Below are positions 12,671 to 24,787 of a stretch of DNA of 27,236 nucleotides, piece after piece. The position numbers and the translations under genes were made by a program. Source of the DNA: Octopus sinensis (taxonomy: Eukaryota); the NCBI RefSeq assembly GCF_006345805.1, contig NW_021834041.1:1-27236 (forward strand), given 5' to 3'. Numbering within the stretch: the first letter of the stretch is position 1; the number at the start of each line of letters is the position of its first letter. The notes beneath the pieces were generated by a model. That model had not been told where the DNA came from, did no database searches, and saw nothing but the letters and a program-made list of their open reading frames with translations.

Positions 12671-13093
12671 GGTATAAGCTTGGTTGTGTGATTAAGAAGT
12701 TTGCTTCCCAATCACATGGGTTTGGGTTCAGTCCCACTGCACGGCATCTTAGACAAGTGTCTTCTACTATAGCTTCAGTCTGACCAAATGCTTGCAAATG
12801 GATTTGGTAGACAGAAACTGAATGAAAGAAACCCATCGTGTGTGTAAGTGTCTCTCCCTCTCTTCGTATTATGTGACAGTTGTAAAAGAGTGACACTGTT
12901 ATACAAGCAGTGAGGTTCTTTCCAATCATCTATTAAAACATGTCTGGCCAACAGTAAATATTACCTTATTTGGAAATAGGTGAGGTTTGGCAACAGGAAG
13001 GGCATTAGTCCATAGAAAATCTGACTCAATAAACATTTTCTGACCCATACAAACATGGAAAAGTGAATGTTAATAAAAACATGATGACAATGA
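12671..13093 (+). mobile_element. tRNA-derived SINE with LINE-like 3' end and degenerate (ATG)n tail
   Basis: A-box-like TGGTTGTGTGATT and B-box-like GGTTCAGTCCC. The 3' part (ggaagggcat...catggaaaagtg...atgatg) resembles the reverse complement of 20729-20870. Confidence 0.68.
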
Positions 13094-13459
13094 TCAAAGA
13101 ACATACTAGAAAATGTTAGAAACACTTCTGGGTTATTGCTGAAAACATATTAAGTATGTAAACTAAAAACAATCATTTACTGATCAACATTGGCCATACT
13201 TGTACATTGAATTTGTTAAACACATTTCATAGACAACCAATATGAAATATTACATCATGAATACTGTTCAGTGACTGAACAAAAGAAGTGAATACAAAAC
13301 TATACTCATCAATAACTCACGCAAAGCAATGAACATTTGCATCCACCCAAGACTAAACACACACACACACACACAATATACTATCAAAAGTAATAATGGT
13401 TTCTAACTAATATTCTTTTTCTTAATTAAAATTTCTTATATGAACATGAATTGCAATGA

Positions 13460-13494
13460 ATATATATATATATATATATATTATATATTATATA

Positions 13495-13527
<33 letters not shown>

Positions 13528-13530
13528 TAT
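13460..13530. repeat. Imperfect (TA)n microsatellite
   Basis: Directly visible. Confidence 0.9.
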
Positions 13531-13692
13531 AAAAAAGGCAGACAAGATAAACAGTGTGAAAACACAAAAGATAAGAGAATATGCTTTGAGCAGAATGCTA
13601 GTGACAAGGATTGAACACACTCACTTCACTCTCTGTTTTTCACAATCTTTTCCATAACCAACTCATAAAGACATTAAATGAGAACAAACAGA

Positions 13693-14345
13693 TCTAATAT
13701 GGCCACCATTAGAACGTTACATTTTGATAATATAATATGGTTATATATGAAATCATTATTTCACATAATTTGAATAAATAATATGGAATAACAAACTTAC
13801 CTTCATTGTGTAAAATCCTTTGTTGTATAAACTGTGACTTGGTCCCAATGTTCTGTTGTTAATGGTTGTCTGTGTCACTGCTGCTATGGTGTGACAATGG
13901 CTTCATGTTGATGGAATAGTGTTGGTGGTGAGTCAGTGGGAACCAGCAGTTCCCTCTCAGTCTTCCTTTGTGGATGGGTGGTGTTTAGTGAGTGTGTATG
14001 TGTATGAGAGAGAGGAGTATATGAGTGATGCTTACTCTAGCCTCACTCAGAAGTGATGCTTTCTCTAGCCTCACTCAGATTAAATGTTGCCTTTCCCCTC
14101 CACAAAGAAAGGAAAGAGAGGGAGAAAGGGACAACAAACTATCAGCTCCACTAACAGTCAGCCATGATAAGTCTATATAACACCAACATGTCTGATGTGG
14201 AGAGAGACTGACATAGAAATCCTTAGAACAGAGAGGTTATATTAACAAAATATGGCTGATGTTGTTAATGTGTGTGTAATTTAAAATGTAAATACAATAT
14301 TGACAATAACAGTTAGTGTCTGTCTGACCTAGTTCTAAATTAATT
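13693..14345 (-). promoter_or_regulatory. Conserved promoter / first exon block of Pcdh A (donor at 13801/13800)
   Basis: Homologous block. Donor 2.7 kb upstream of the gene A acceptor at 11101. Identical core at 14127-14261. Confidence 0.7.
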
Positions 14346-14736
14346 CTCCCATTTAGAATGTAAAATGGAGAGAAATCAAAACTGTGAAATAAAGTATTAT
14401 TTTTAAAATGTAATATCATCATTTTATTACTCAAATATATGTTATACAATTGTCTTATATTTGTTGCTTAAATATTTTCAATTTTAAATTGTATTTCACG
14501 AGTAAAAATGTCAATCTATAATTTCTTAGTCATTCCTTTATCTTTAGTTTACCTAACAGAGCTATAAATGTATTCCTCTTACCTAAGCTGTAAAATTATT
14601 GTCTGAAACACATACAAAGATATTCAGTCATATGTTGGCAATATTATTAACTAACTAATATATTTCTGTTGCTTTTAAATGTAGTGTGAATGTTGAAGGT
14701 GATATTATTTCTGTTGTGTTCCTTTCTCAGTCTCAC

Positions 14737-14858
14737 TTAACTGACAACAACATCTGGTGTTGAAGGTAACTGTCTCTCTGGAGGTTTCACATATCTGTCG
14801 TGGTAATGGTCTCTCTCACTGGTGCTTGATACATCAGGTGGGGCACCACCATAGATTC
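14737..14858 (-). CDS. Pcdh: Protocadherin B terminal coding exon (122 nt including TAA)
   Basis: gtttcag|GA acceptor. Translates GIYGGAPP...RQLPSTPDVVVS*. Confidence 0.85.
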
Positions 14859-15196
14859 CTGAAACATATATATCAATGGGTATTCAACGATTGACTTTAG
14901 TCAACAGTTCCTTCTTTTATATTAAGTGCTCTACAAAATAACTATTATAAAGAGATTAATACCTCACTATACGATTAGACCTATACAATCTTGAGCATAT
15001 TACGTGACAATTAACTAATAAATAAAAAGAGATTTACACTTTTAATTTATAAATTTAATTCATAGTGATAAAACTATTAGAAATAACATTTTGGAAGTGC
15101 TCAAAATCCTAGTGTTTGTTTAGACTTCACTCCCAGACATATCAATGGGATAAATGATAAACACACCAAAAACATAGGTAAATGTGAATGTTTTAC

Positions 15197-15350
15197 CTGA
15201 CATTGCTGGTATTTCTTCATACTGTCTGCTTGACCGCTCACTCCAGCACTGTCCACTGCTCTTACGACTGGCCAGTGTGTCAGTGGGATAGTGAGAAGAT
15301 GGTCTGTTGTCTCCATAAGATGTCACCTCAATGGGTTGACTGTATTTCTG
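15197..15350 (-). CDS. Pcdh: Protocadherin B cytoplasmic exon (154 nt)
   Basis: ctaacag|CAG acceptor and G|gtaaaa donor. Near-identical to the A and C copies. Confidence 0.88.
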
Positions 15351-17007
15351 CTGTTAGAGAAAACAAAAAACAACAATGACTTGATTTGTCCAAGAAAAAC
15401 ATTTGGGAATTCTGGATGCTTACTGTTTTGGGGTGTAAAGGTTAGGGTGTGTGGTTAGTGTGAGATATGGGAGAGGAGACCATGGTAAAAGTTTTGAGAC
15501 TGGAATGAGTTTTCAGCAAGCTATTCATAGAAAGAGTCCATGGCAGTGGTAAGAGAAGAAGAAATGAGAAGGAACATCTCAGACGCAGACGTTAGTGCAT
15601 TGCTTAGTGAGTCTTCACTGATCACTAAAAGAAACATTGTTTGAAAATTTTTCAAGTCAACACTAAGATGCAGAAGGTAGCTAAGAGATTTTAGATAATT
15701 ATAACTACACATCTATTGAAGAGAAGAAATAAGTGCCATAATGATAAATTATTGCCAAGAAAGAAGGATACCTCATGAAATATTAACTATTTAACATTAA
15801 TTAAAAATCAAGGATGTTTGTGTGTGAAGTAGCAGTGATAACATTTCAGCTTTATAGGTCAAGGCATGTGAGATCATTAGATTCGAGGATTTTGATAAAA
15901 ACTTCACACAAACACAACTCAAGAAGCTTCTATTCAACCTAAAACACTCACAAAATATTCTTTGTTTCCTTACAAGAAGTAGTGGTCTTAGATCCATTAT
16001 TTTTAGAAAAAGAACAGGATAGCCACAATCTATACGTTCATTCTTCCAGTTATGTTGCATCTCCATATATTGATGGACCATATCACTTTGACTCTGCTTT
16101 TCTACTTTCACTTACAGAAGCCTCAACTCTCAGAGGTCCCACCCTGGGCGACTCATCTTACTCATCTCTTCTCCTCTAGTCAATCGTATTGCCAGCCTTT
16201 CTGCACCCTACAACGACCACTTAATCTTTCTGCCACAGCACATTTTCCCCACTGAAATTCACTCTACTCCCATACTTCTCCAGCTGTTTTATACCAGTAA
16301 TTGCTCAAGAGAGTATGCCACATTAACCTCAATTGTGAGGGTCAAGGACACAGTCCCTACATCTGGTAAAAACCCTTATGTAACAGAAAAAAAAACTTGT
16401 ATATTTATATGCCAGTGTAATGATTTATTTAAATATTGAATGTTGTTACAGTCAAATAATAATAAAATATCACAGACATTTGGTGTAGATGAGCAACATA
16501 ACATACCAGAAATAACAATTTCTACTCTCAACTCATAATTCTAAAAGAGTACAAAATAAACTAAAACTAAATTCTGAATTAGAAGCAGCTCTAATACTAT
16601 AAACATAATTGATGTCACAAACTTAATAATTGTGTTTAGTTTGAAGAGTTACAAGTCACAGGATTTCATCCATGGAAAGTTTCTTTAAGGCATACGTTGA
16701 AGAACACTGAATACTTCAAAACCAAACAAAACAGATGAAATACACAATTGATAATGTTATACAAACATTGTTGGATAATAATTATGGAAATAATATCTAA
16801 AACTATATTTATGAAAATATAAAGATTACACTAAAAGTATAAATGAAGTTGTTCTCCAGAGGAGATTTAAGAGAATACCGAAATAGAAGATTAATACATA
16901 TTTTCATGCTTTTTGGCAAACTTCAGTTCAATGTCAATGTCTTCTATTCAAATAGTTCTTAATTGAACATTAACTACTAACAAACACTCAATCCAAATAT
17001 ATCTTAC

Positions 17008-19351
17008 CTTTGTAGACTTCTGAAGTGATCTGCTCATTGTTGATGTCTTCCAGTCTTCAGGATAGTAATGGCTCCTCGAATGACCATATCTCTCTGACAT
17101 CTCTCCTCGATTACCTGACATCACAGGTACACTGTTGTTACCTTGATAGATCAACTGTCTCATCTCATTGCGACATTGGTATGCCTGTTTCTCTTCTGCT
17201 GTTCTTTCAGATGAGCTATTTCTCATATTGTTACATCTCACAATACACAGTGTTATAGAAACCACAATAGCTATAGATACTATCACAGCTGCTACTACAA
17301 TGATAATCAACAATGTTGCATCTATTGTGTTATCACTTGGTAGGTGCACAGCTGTGAACATTGGTGACGTCTTGTTACTAACAGTCAGTGTCAAAGACAC
17401 ACTAGTTGTTGCTGACAGAACTGGAGTACCACTGTCTTTCACAACAAACTCAAGCTCATATGATCCGGCATCATTTTGGTAAACTGTGCGAGAGTAAGAT
17501 AACACACCAGTGAACGAGTCCAGTTTAAATAACTGTCTCTCGTTACCTGAAACGATTTCATACCTGAGAAAAGCATTCATGTGACTGTCTATATCAGATG
17601 CTTTCAGAACTGTGATGTCGTTCTTGCTTTGCGGATGATAGTGGACATTAAGAGTGAAAGGGTCAACACTAGGAAATGTAAAATATGGAGCATTATCATT
17701 TCTATCCAATACTTCCACTTCAACATTCACTGTGTATTCAGAGATGGGCTTCCATTGTCTTTCACAAAAACCTCAAACTCATAGAAATCTCTGTGTTCTC
17801 TGTCTAAAGACTGGTTTGTTGAAATAAAGCCAGAGTTGATAATCTGGAATGGCAGACGATATTGCTGTTTATTTCTCAGAGAATAAGACAATTCACCTCC
17901 CTTACCAATATCTGGGTCTGTAGCATTGATAAAGCCAATAGGGAAATTAGCTTTGTCATTCTCATAGGTAAGGAACTTGAATGTGTTTCGTAAAGTGTGG
18001 TTCTACATCATTCACATCCAACACTTGGATTGACAGATCTTTATCAGTTTTCAGAGCAGGTAATCCTTTATCTTCACACGACACAGTAAAGTGATAATGT
18101 TCCTGTGTCTCTCTGTCTACTGCTTTCTTTAGAACTATTTTATATTCCTTCGATCCCATTGACTGTAGGTTGAATGTGTCATCTTTGATATGACAGTTCA
18201 CCTCTCCATTGTGTCCAACATCATTGTCAGTGACCATCACATAAGCAATGAAACTACCAACTTTGATGTCTTCCAGAATGTGGCTGTGTTGTGATTCTGT
18301 GTAGAAATAAAGTTCACATCAATATTTGGAGGATTGTTGTGTTCATTGATGACATTTATTGAACGATTGCCAGAGAACTGAGAGGGGAAATACCATTATC
18401 CCTGGCTCCAATATAATTTAAAATTCTTCTTTCCAAACTCTATTGATTTAGCTAAATATACACTCCTGTATTTTCATTCAAATGAAAATATTTTCTCATC
18501 TTCACATCAGTTTTCTGACTGAAATAGAAAGATATTTTACCATTCCTGCCAATATCTAAATCACTGGCAGATAATGTGACAACTGGAATATTCTTTTTAT
18601 GTTTATGTTCAATAGAGACATTGTAGATACTTTGGGAAAATTGTGGTTTATTATCATTTTCATCTTCCACAGATATTTTCACATTTAAAACAGATTGTTT
18701 TGGTGGAGTTCCCCCATCTTTAGCAATGACCTCAATATTGTAGCTGTCCTTCTTTTCTCTATCTAATTTATCTTCTAAAATAATTTCTAATGTTGATATT
18801 TCATCAGCTATTTTTGATTGGGATAAGGAAAAATGTCCATCACCATGTAATACATATTTGATTAAACTGTTCTGATTACCCATATCTTTATCAATGGCAT
18901 TAGGTATCATCTTTTTCATACCTTTACCATCACCTTCACCAAAGATCAGTGTAATTTCTTTCTGAGGAAACTTAGGCTGGTGGTCATTGATGTCTTCTAT
19001 TATGACTTTAATCTTTAAGATCTTCATAAATGTCTTCGATTTGTGAACAGCAACTTTAACGATTTCAAAACATTCTTTCTCATAACTACACACAGACTCA
19101 GCATCCAATGTCTCAACAGTGTACAGTTTACCTGTTCTCGTCACATTGAACAACTGTTCTCCCTTTTGTTGCAGTTGACTAAATGTAATTAAATCCTTAT
19201 TCTTTAAGAAGGAGCTATCTGATTTCTGTAGGTCAGTAGCTATGTCCCCTATATATGTATAGGGACTATTCTCTTCTTCAACATGATATGTGATATCTTC
19301 ACTTGAATAACAATGAGAAAATGTCAATAAAATACAGAGACACAACAGCAT
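17008..19351 (-). CDS. Pcdh: Protocadherin paralogue B, large exon (EC1-EC6, TM, proximal tail); several frameshifts as assembled (pseudogene or sequence error)
   Basis: ORF fragments 18452-19387, 17962-18240 and 16948-17730 are collinear with gene C. Signal-peptide ATG at 19351 (MLLCLCILLTFSHCYS). Acceptor ttttacag| with exon start 19396, donor AAG|GTAAGA at 17008/17007. Small deletions at ~17735, ~17987, ~18280, ~18360 and 18400-18470. Confidence 0.88.
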
Positions 19352-20728
19352 CTCTGGTCGTGATGTCCAGGAATTTGGTAGCTTCACATTATTAATCTGT
19401 AAAATAAATAGATAGCTTGTAGTGGGAAGAAATAAAAAACATATTGTGAAAGACTATTTTAGTAATGAATAAATAATCTCCTTCTTATAAGAAAACATAC
19501 CAAAAGTAGGACTGAAGTAAAGTATCCCAGGGGGAACTTACTGCTCACTAAATATACATTGTCTGCCATATATTTTATGGCAAGTTGAAGATCTTTACTT
19601 AATCTGAAATTGTCTTTGCAATAGTAATGAGAAGGCAATAATTTGGACAACTAATTCATATGATTTAACAGGTTCTTCTCATAAGTCAGATAACTTGAGA
19701 CTACTTAAACAGCGCAGTTTCTTATTCTAATAATTTATTGTAATTAATCTTATAAAATATTGTTCAAAGTGACATTCATTATAAAACTGCTCCAATTTGC
19801 CAAACTTCATAAAGATAATAACCACCACATTCCCATACTCTCAAAATAATTAACTGATTAAAAATTATTATACAAGTTGCTGAAACTTCAACATAGACAT
19901 TACAGACTTCACGAAAAATTATAAAATATGACAAAATAATTATAGGTTTTGTTTATAGCCTAATGGGAAAATAATGTTTCCTTCAGTTATACAGCCTAAA
20001 TTGAGTTCGCTCCCTTGAACAGCATTACCAATAGCAAACGAAATTATTTTGCATTGAGTTTCTCTTATTTCTTTGGTCCCCGAATGAAAATGTAAATATA
20101 TGTAAAATAATTATCGGTAACGCTTTTCTGCAAATAACTCAACGTAATTCACAAGAACACAGTAGAATACATAAGTGGGCAAGAGTGTATTTGTGCATGT
20201 GTGCAATAAATTCAATGTTATTTTGTTGTTATATTATACGTTAATTACTGATAAAACTATATTTGTTGATGTGACATTGTTTAAAAAATATTAGTATACT
20301 ACAAATAATGTAATAGTCAGGAAATCATTGTCAGACATGCAAAGGGTAAAGTTTAAGGCAGGAATATGTGGTTACAACAATTCTGCTAGAACAGAAGAGA
20401 TGAAAAACAAAATATAAATTCAAACCACATACAATTTGTCTGACGGTTATAATGGCACCAAAGATGGACATCTGGTCATCATTCACAAAACACTATGATA
20501 ATATTAAGAAGCAGATATTCCAGAATAGAGAAGATATAAACTAGAAGCTATTTAAATGACAAATTTAGAAAAGTCATTTAGTGAAATGAAGTTATGGAAA
20601 CCAAACAAATATTCACTTTTCAACCATAAAATTAAATCATTATCAATCAATATGGCCTTTTTATATTACAATATCTATCATTCAGTTCCAGTTATATTGC
20701 AATAACATAGTAATGGCAAAGATAATAT

Positions 20729-20870
20729 CATCATCATCATCATCATCATCGTTTATAACGTCCATCTTCCATTCTAGCACGGGTGGGACGGAATCACAAG
20801 AGCCTGCACCAGACTTCTGTGACTGTTTAGGCAGGATTTTTACAGCTGGATGCCCTTCCTAACACCAACC
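20729..20870 (-). mobile_element. 3' fragment of a SINE/LINE with (ATG)n tail
   Basis: (CAT)n run followed by acgtccatcttccattctagcacggg...ggatgcccttcct. A shorter related tail lies at ~6127-6173. Confidence 0.55.
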
Positions 20871-21129
20871 ACTTGTAATTTTTTTGGAAGTTACGTTCTA
20901 CACTAATTCCTGATAAAACTATATTTATTGATGTGACATATTTCTGTCTTAACCTTTACCTGTTCCATGTCCCAATGCTACATGACATTGATGCCTCTGT
21001 CTGACAATGCTTTTTCATGGATGTAACATTATGTGTTGTATACTAATATTTTTTAAATAATGTCACATCAACAAATATGGTTCTATAAGTAATTAGTGTA
21101 TAATATAACTTCACAAAAAATTACAAGTG
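20870..21129. mobile_element. Inverted-repeat (MITE/foldback-like) element with ~70-bp arms
   Basis: 20870-20939 (cacttgtaattttt...gatgtgaca) is an imperfect reverse complement of 21061-21129. A third related arm lies at 20228-20299. Confidence 0.6.
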
Positions 21130-21329
21130 ACTATTTTTTTAAATTTTGTAAAACAACTCTACACTAAATTGATAGAGGACATGCTTGAGATGACATTTTT
21201 TAAAATATCCGATTATGATGAATATCATACCAATATTTTTTTAAGTTTCACACAGCAGGTATGGTTCATTAGCTTAGAAATAATCCTAGGTAGATGAATT
21301 CGAAATTTATAAATGTAAGGACTAATAAT

Positions 21330-21543
21330 CTTTACTATTGTAGGCACAAGGCCTGAAATCTGGGGATAGGGAGCTAGTCATTTACATCAACCCCAGTGTT
21401 CAAGTGGCACTTGTATAACTGACCCCAAAAAGATGAAGGGTAATGTTGGCCTAGGTGGAATTTGAACTCAGAATGTAAAGACAGCCAAAATGCCACTAAG
21501 CATTTCATCTGGCATGCTAATGATTCAGCCAGTTCCCTGCCTT
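21330..21543 (-). mobile_element. tRNA-derived SINE
   Basis: Minus-strand A-box-like TGGCTGAATCA and B-box-like GAGTTCAAATTCC. Homologous to 5837-6053. Confidence 0.7.
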
Positions 21544-21614
21544 AAATTAAAGAAGTAATAATGAAACAAGACAAGATATACAGAAATTAACCAATTAATG
21601 TATTTAGACAAACA

Positions 21615-21637
21615 AACACACACACACACACACACAC
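21615..21637. repeat. (AC)n microsatellite
   Basis: Directly visible. A similar (AC)n run lies at ~13357-13376. Confidence 0.85.
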
Positions 21638-22036
21638 TTAAACATCATAAAACACATAAAAATACATACAACAATATCGATATCAATTTTTATTCATACT
21701 TTTCTTTCTTGTTACTACACAGTCAAATGTTAGTTTTATAATATATTTTATTATATTATTACTATAATTTCATACATATGGAAATAGTCTGCCACCGAAA
21801 TATTTCAGAGAAATTCCTATAAAATGTCTGTATCAATTTATCAGTACACAATCATTTAGAAGAAACTAGTTAAGAATAAGGAAACAAGTACATGAAAACC
21901 TGGGAACATTAAAAATATAGTATATTGAAATAATGGACATTATATTCCTAAACAGTTTTTCTTTTCCTAGAGCTGTTCTCAAAATATTCAACAGCCAACG
22001 TCTGAAAAGAAGACATTCAATATGAACTGACACAGA

Positions 22037-22662
22037 TCTAATATGGCCACCATCAGAATATTACATTTTCATATTACAAGAAGGCTACATATGAAATCAT
22101 TATTTCACGTAATTTGAATAAATAATATTGAACAATAGACTTACCTTCATTGTGTGAAATCCTTTCTTGTATAAATTGTGACTTGGTCCCAATGTTCTGT
22201 TGTTAATGGTTGTCTGTGTCACTGCTGCTATGGTGTGACAATGGCTTCATGTTGATGGAATAGTGTTGGTGGTGAGTCAGTGGGAACCAGCAGTTCCCTC
22301 TCAGTCTTCCTTTGTGGATGTGTGATGTTTAGTGAGTGTGTGCATGGGTTTGAGTGAGAGACAGAGAGAGGAAGAGAGATGGGTGATGCTCACTCCAGCC
22401 TCACTCAGACTTGATGTGTTTTCCCTCACAATGAAAAGAGAGGGACAACAAACTATCAGCTCCACTAACAGTCAGCCATGATAAGTCTATATAACACCAA
22501 CATGTCTGATGTGGAGAGAGACTGACATAGAAATCCTTAGAACAGAGAGGTTATATTAACAAAATATGGCTGATGTTGTTAATGTGTGTGTAATTTAAAA
22601 TGTAAATACAATATTGACAATAACAGTTAGTGTGTGTGTGTCTGACCTAATTCTAAACTAAA
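22037..22662 (-). promoter_or_regulatory. Conserved promoter / first exon block of Pcdh B (donor ATGAAG|GTAAGT at 22145/22144)
   Basis: One of three homologous blocks. Strong donor 2.75 kb upstream of the gene B acceptor at 19396. Contains the identical 135-bp core at 22441-22575. Confidence 0.7.
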
Positions 22663-23084
22663 TCTCCTTTCTAGAAAATTTAAGGCTGCCATGTAAACTA
22701 TATTTATATTTAAAATGTAATGGAGGCATTTTACATCATAAAGTTGTTGATATTTATTGCTTGAGACATTTTTTAATGTCAAACTTTACTTCACTGGGAG
22801 GAATATATATCAGTGATTTCTTCCAATATTGCATTTACCTTTCGTTTACCTAACAATAGAGTGGTGTGAATTGATTAATCAGAACAATTGATGCTATATC
22901 AGTTTTATCTGCAGAAACCTACCCCAGATGTACACATTTCAAATAATTTGTCAGAAATACATACAAAGATATTCAGTCGTATGTTGGCAATATTATTTAC
23001 TAACTAATATATTTGTGTTGTTTTAAATGTTGTGTGAATGTTGAAGGTGATATTATTTCTGTTGTGTTCCTTTCTCAGTCTCAC

Positions 23085-23206
23085 TTAACTGACAACAACA
23101 TCTGGTGTTGAAGGTAACTGTCTCTCTGGAGGTTTCACATATCTGTCTTGGTAATGGTCTCTCTCACTGGTGCTTGATACATCGGGTGGGGCACCACCAT
23201 AGATTC
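23085..23206 (-). CDS. Pcdh: Protocadherin C terminal coding exon (GIYGGAPPDVSSTSERDHYQDRYVKPPERQLPSTPDVVVS*)
   Basis: gtttcag|GA acceptor completes the phase-1 Gly codon. TAA at 23087-23085. Conserved in three copies. Confidence 0.85.
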
Positions 23207-23505
23207 CTGAAACACACATATATACATCAACTGAACTTATCGTATGGTACACAAAGACAATAAGTATTTACTGACAGGCTTTGGTCAATATTCTCTTCTC
23301 TTCTATGCAATAATCTACTAAACAACTATTATAAAGAAATTAATACCTCACTATACAATAGATCTGTACAAACTTCAGCAGATCAAATAACAATTAAACT
23401 AATAAATAAAATTATCATAGTGTTCGTTTAGGGCTCACTCCAAAAGATATCATTGGGGTAAATGACAAATATACCAATTAAGATAGGTAAATGAAAGTGT
23501 TTTAC

Positions 23506-23659
23506 CTGACATTGCAGGTATTTCTTCATACTGTCTACTTGACCGCTCACTCCAGCACTGTCCACTGCTCTTACGACTGGTCAATGTGTCAGTGGGATAG
23601 TGAGAAGATGGTCTGTTGTCTCCATAAGATGTCACCTCAATGGGTTGACTGTATTTCTG
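23506..23659 (-). CDS. Pcdh: Protocadherin C cytoplasmic exon (154 nt; QKYSQPIEVTSYGDNRPSSH...QYEEIPAMS)
   Basis: ttttacag|CAG acceptor and G|gtaaaa donor. Open in phase with the upstream exon and conserved in all three paralogues. Confidence 0.88.
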
Positions 23660-24440
23660 CTGTAAAATGCAATAGTAACAAGACATATTATACAGATAAC
23701 ATTTGACTGACAGTCCTATATCTAATATTGAATAAAATAGTTTCTGTCTGATAAAATAAGGCAGCTTATGCATTATATCACTTCAATTAGTAAAATGTAA
23801 CACACGCTTATACAAGGTAATTTATTTGAAATATGACAATGTTCCAAGATAAAAAAAGAGAGAAATTACTAAAAAGTCAATGATGACACTAGTGAAATTA
23901 GTGATCACTCCATATTAAAAGAAGTGTACATATTCGATAAAGAATCAAAACCATAATTGTCTATTATTAATGTCCAGATACATTTATCATGAGATGGATT
24001 AAAACAGAGGCATTAAAGGATTAACTTAACTTTATATAAAGAGAGAAAATTGAAAAATATCAACACAACTTCCATTTCTCTGTCAATTGTTTCCTATTAG
24101 CCTATTTGAACCTACACATGCACACACACTATATACCTTGAATTCTCATTCAGACAGTGCACATAGCTGTAAACAATTTCAACAATATCCAAGTCAACTC
24201 ATTACTAAGTCTACTCATTTTTGACTGTAATTAAAGAGATTACTAAACCTACAATGTATGAAAGCATCTTTGATTCTTGTTGTGGTAGAATTGCTAGAGA
24301 TTCATTAAACATCAAATAACTTGTAACATGCACAGGACAAAATGTATTTCTCATCAATACATCACGAAAGTAATTTTTCAACATGGCATATTTCATATTA
24401 AATACATTTGGAAATTAAATACTACCAATCATCAAGGACA

Positions 24441-24787
24441 GTAAGGGTAAAGACCCCCTTCGGTCATGAATGACCATGGGAGCACATAGCACCCTCTAGC
24501 ACAGTCCTCAAAAACACAAGTCCGGGCAGTTGTTTATGGAAGACCAGCAGTCGCCCATGCATACCGGCCTCCCTCTCCACGCCACCAGTGTTATCCAAGG
24601 GAACAACAAAGGTCGATACAGCTTGGCACCTGTGATGTCGCAACTCATTTCTACAGATGAGTGAACTGGAGCAACGTGAAATAAAGTGTCTTGCTCAAGA
24701 ACACAACACGCAGCCCGGTCCGGGATTCGAGCTCACAACCTTACGATCGTAAGCTCGACGCTCTAACCACTGAGCCATGCGCCTTCA
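24441..24787 (-). mobile_element. Relatively young tRNA-derived SINE in intron 2 of Pcdh C
   Basis: Head GGCGCATGGCTCAGTGGTTAGAGCG...GAGCTCGAATCCCGG with A box and near-consensus B box. GC-rich with CpGs retained, and a short (TTACCC)-like tail. Confidence 0.78.

Noticed and set aside
15800-16380. Possible RTE-LINE endonuclease remnant (KLLELC, SHALTYK fragments on the minus strand)
   Set aside because: Similarity is too fragmentary to support without a search.
5126-22662. Recurring blocks read as a CRISPR-like array or other prokaryotic system
   Set aside because: Eukaryotic exon-intron DNA. The repeats are kb-scale paralogous gene segments with no spacer structure or cas genes.
24715-24787. 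tRNA-like sequence on the minus strand
   Set aside because: It continues into a ~270-bp body and tail, so it is a SINE head rather than a tRNA gene.
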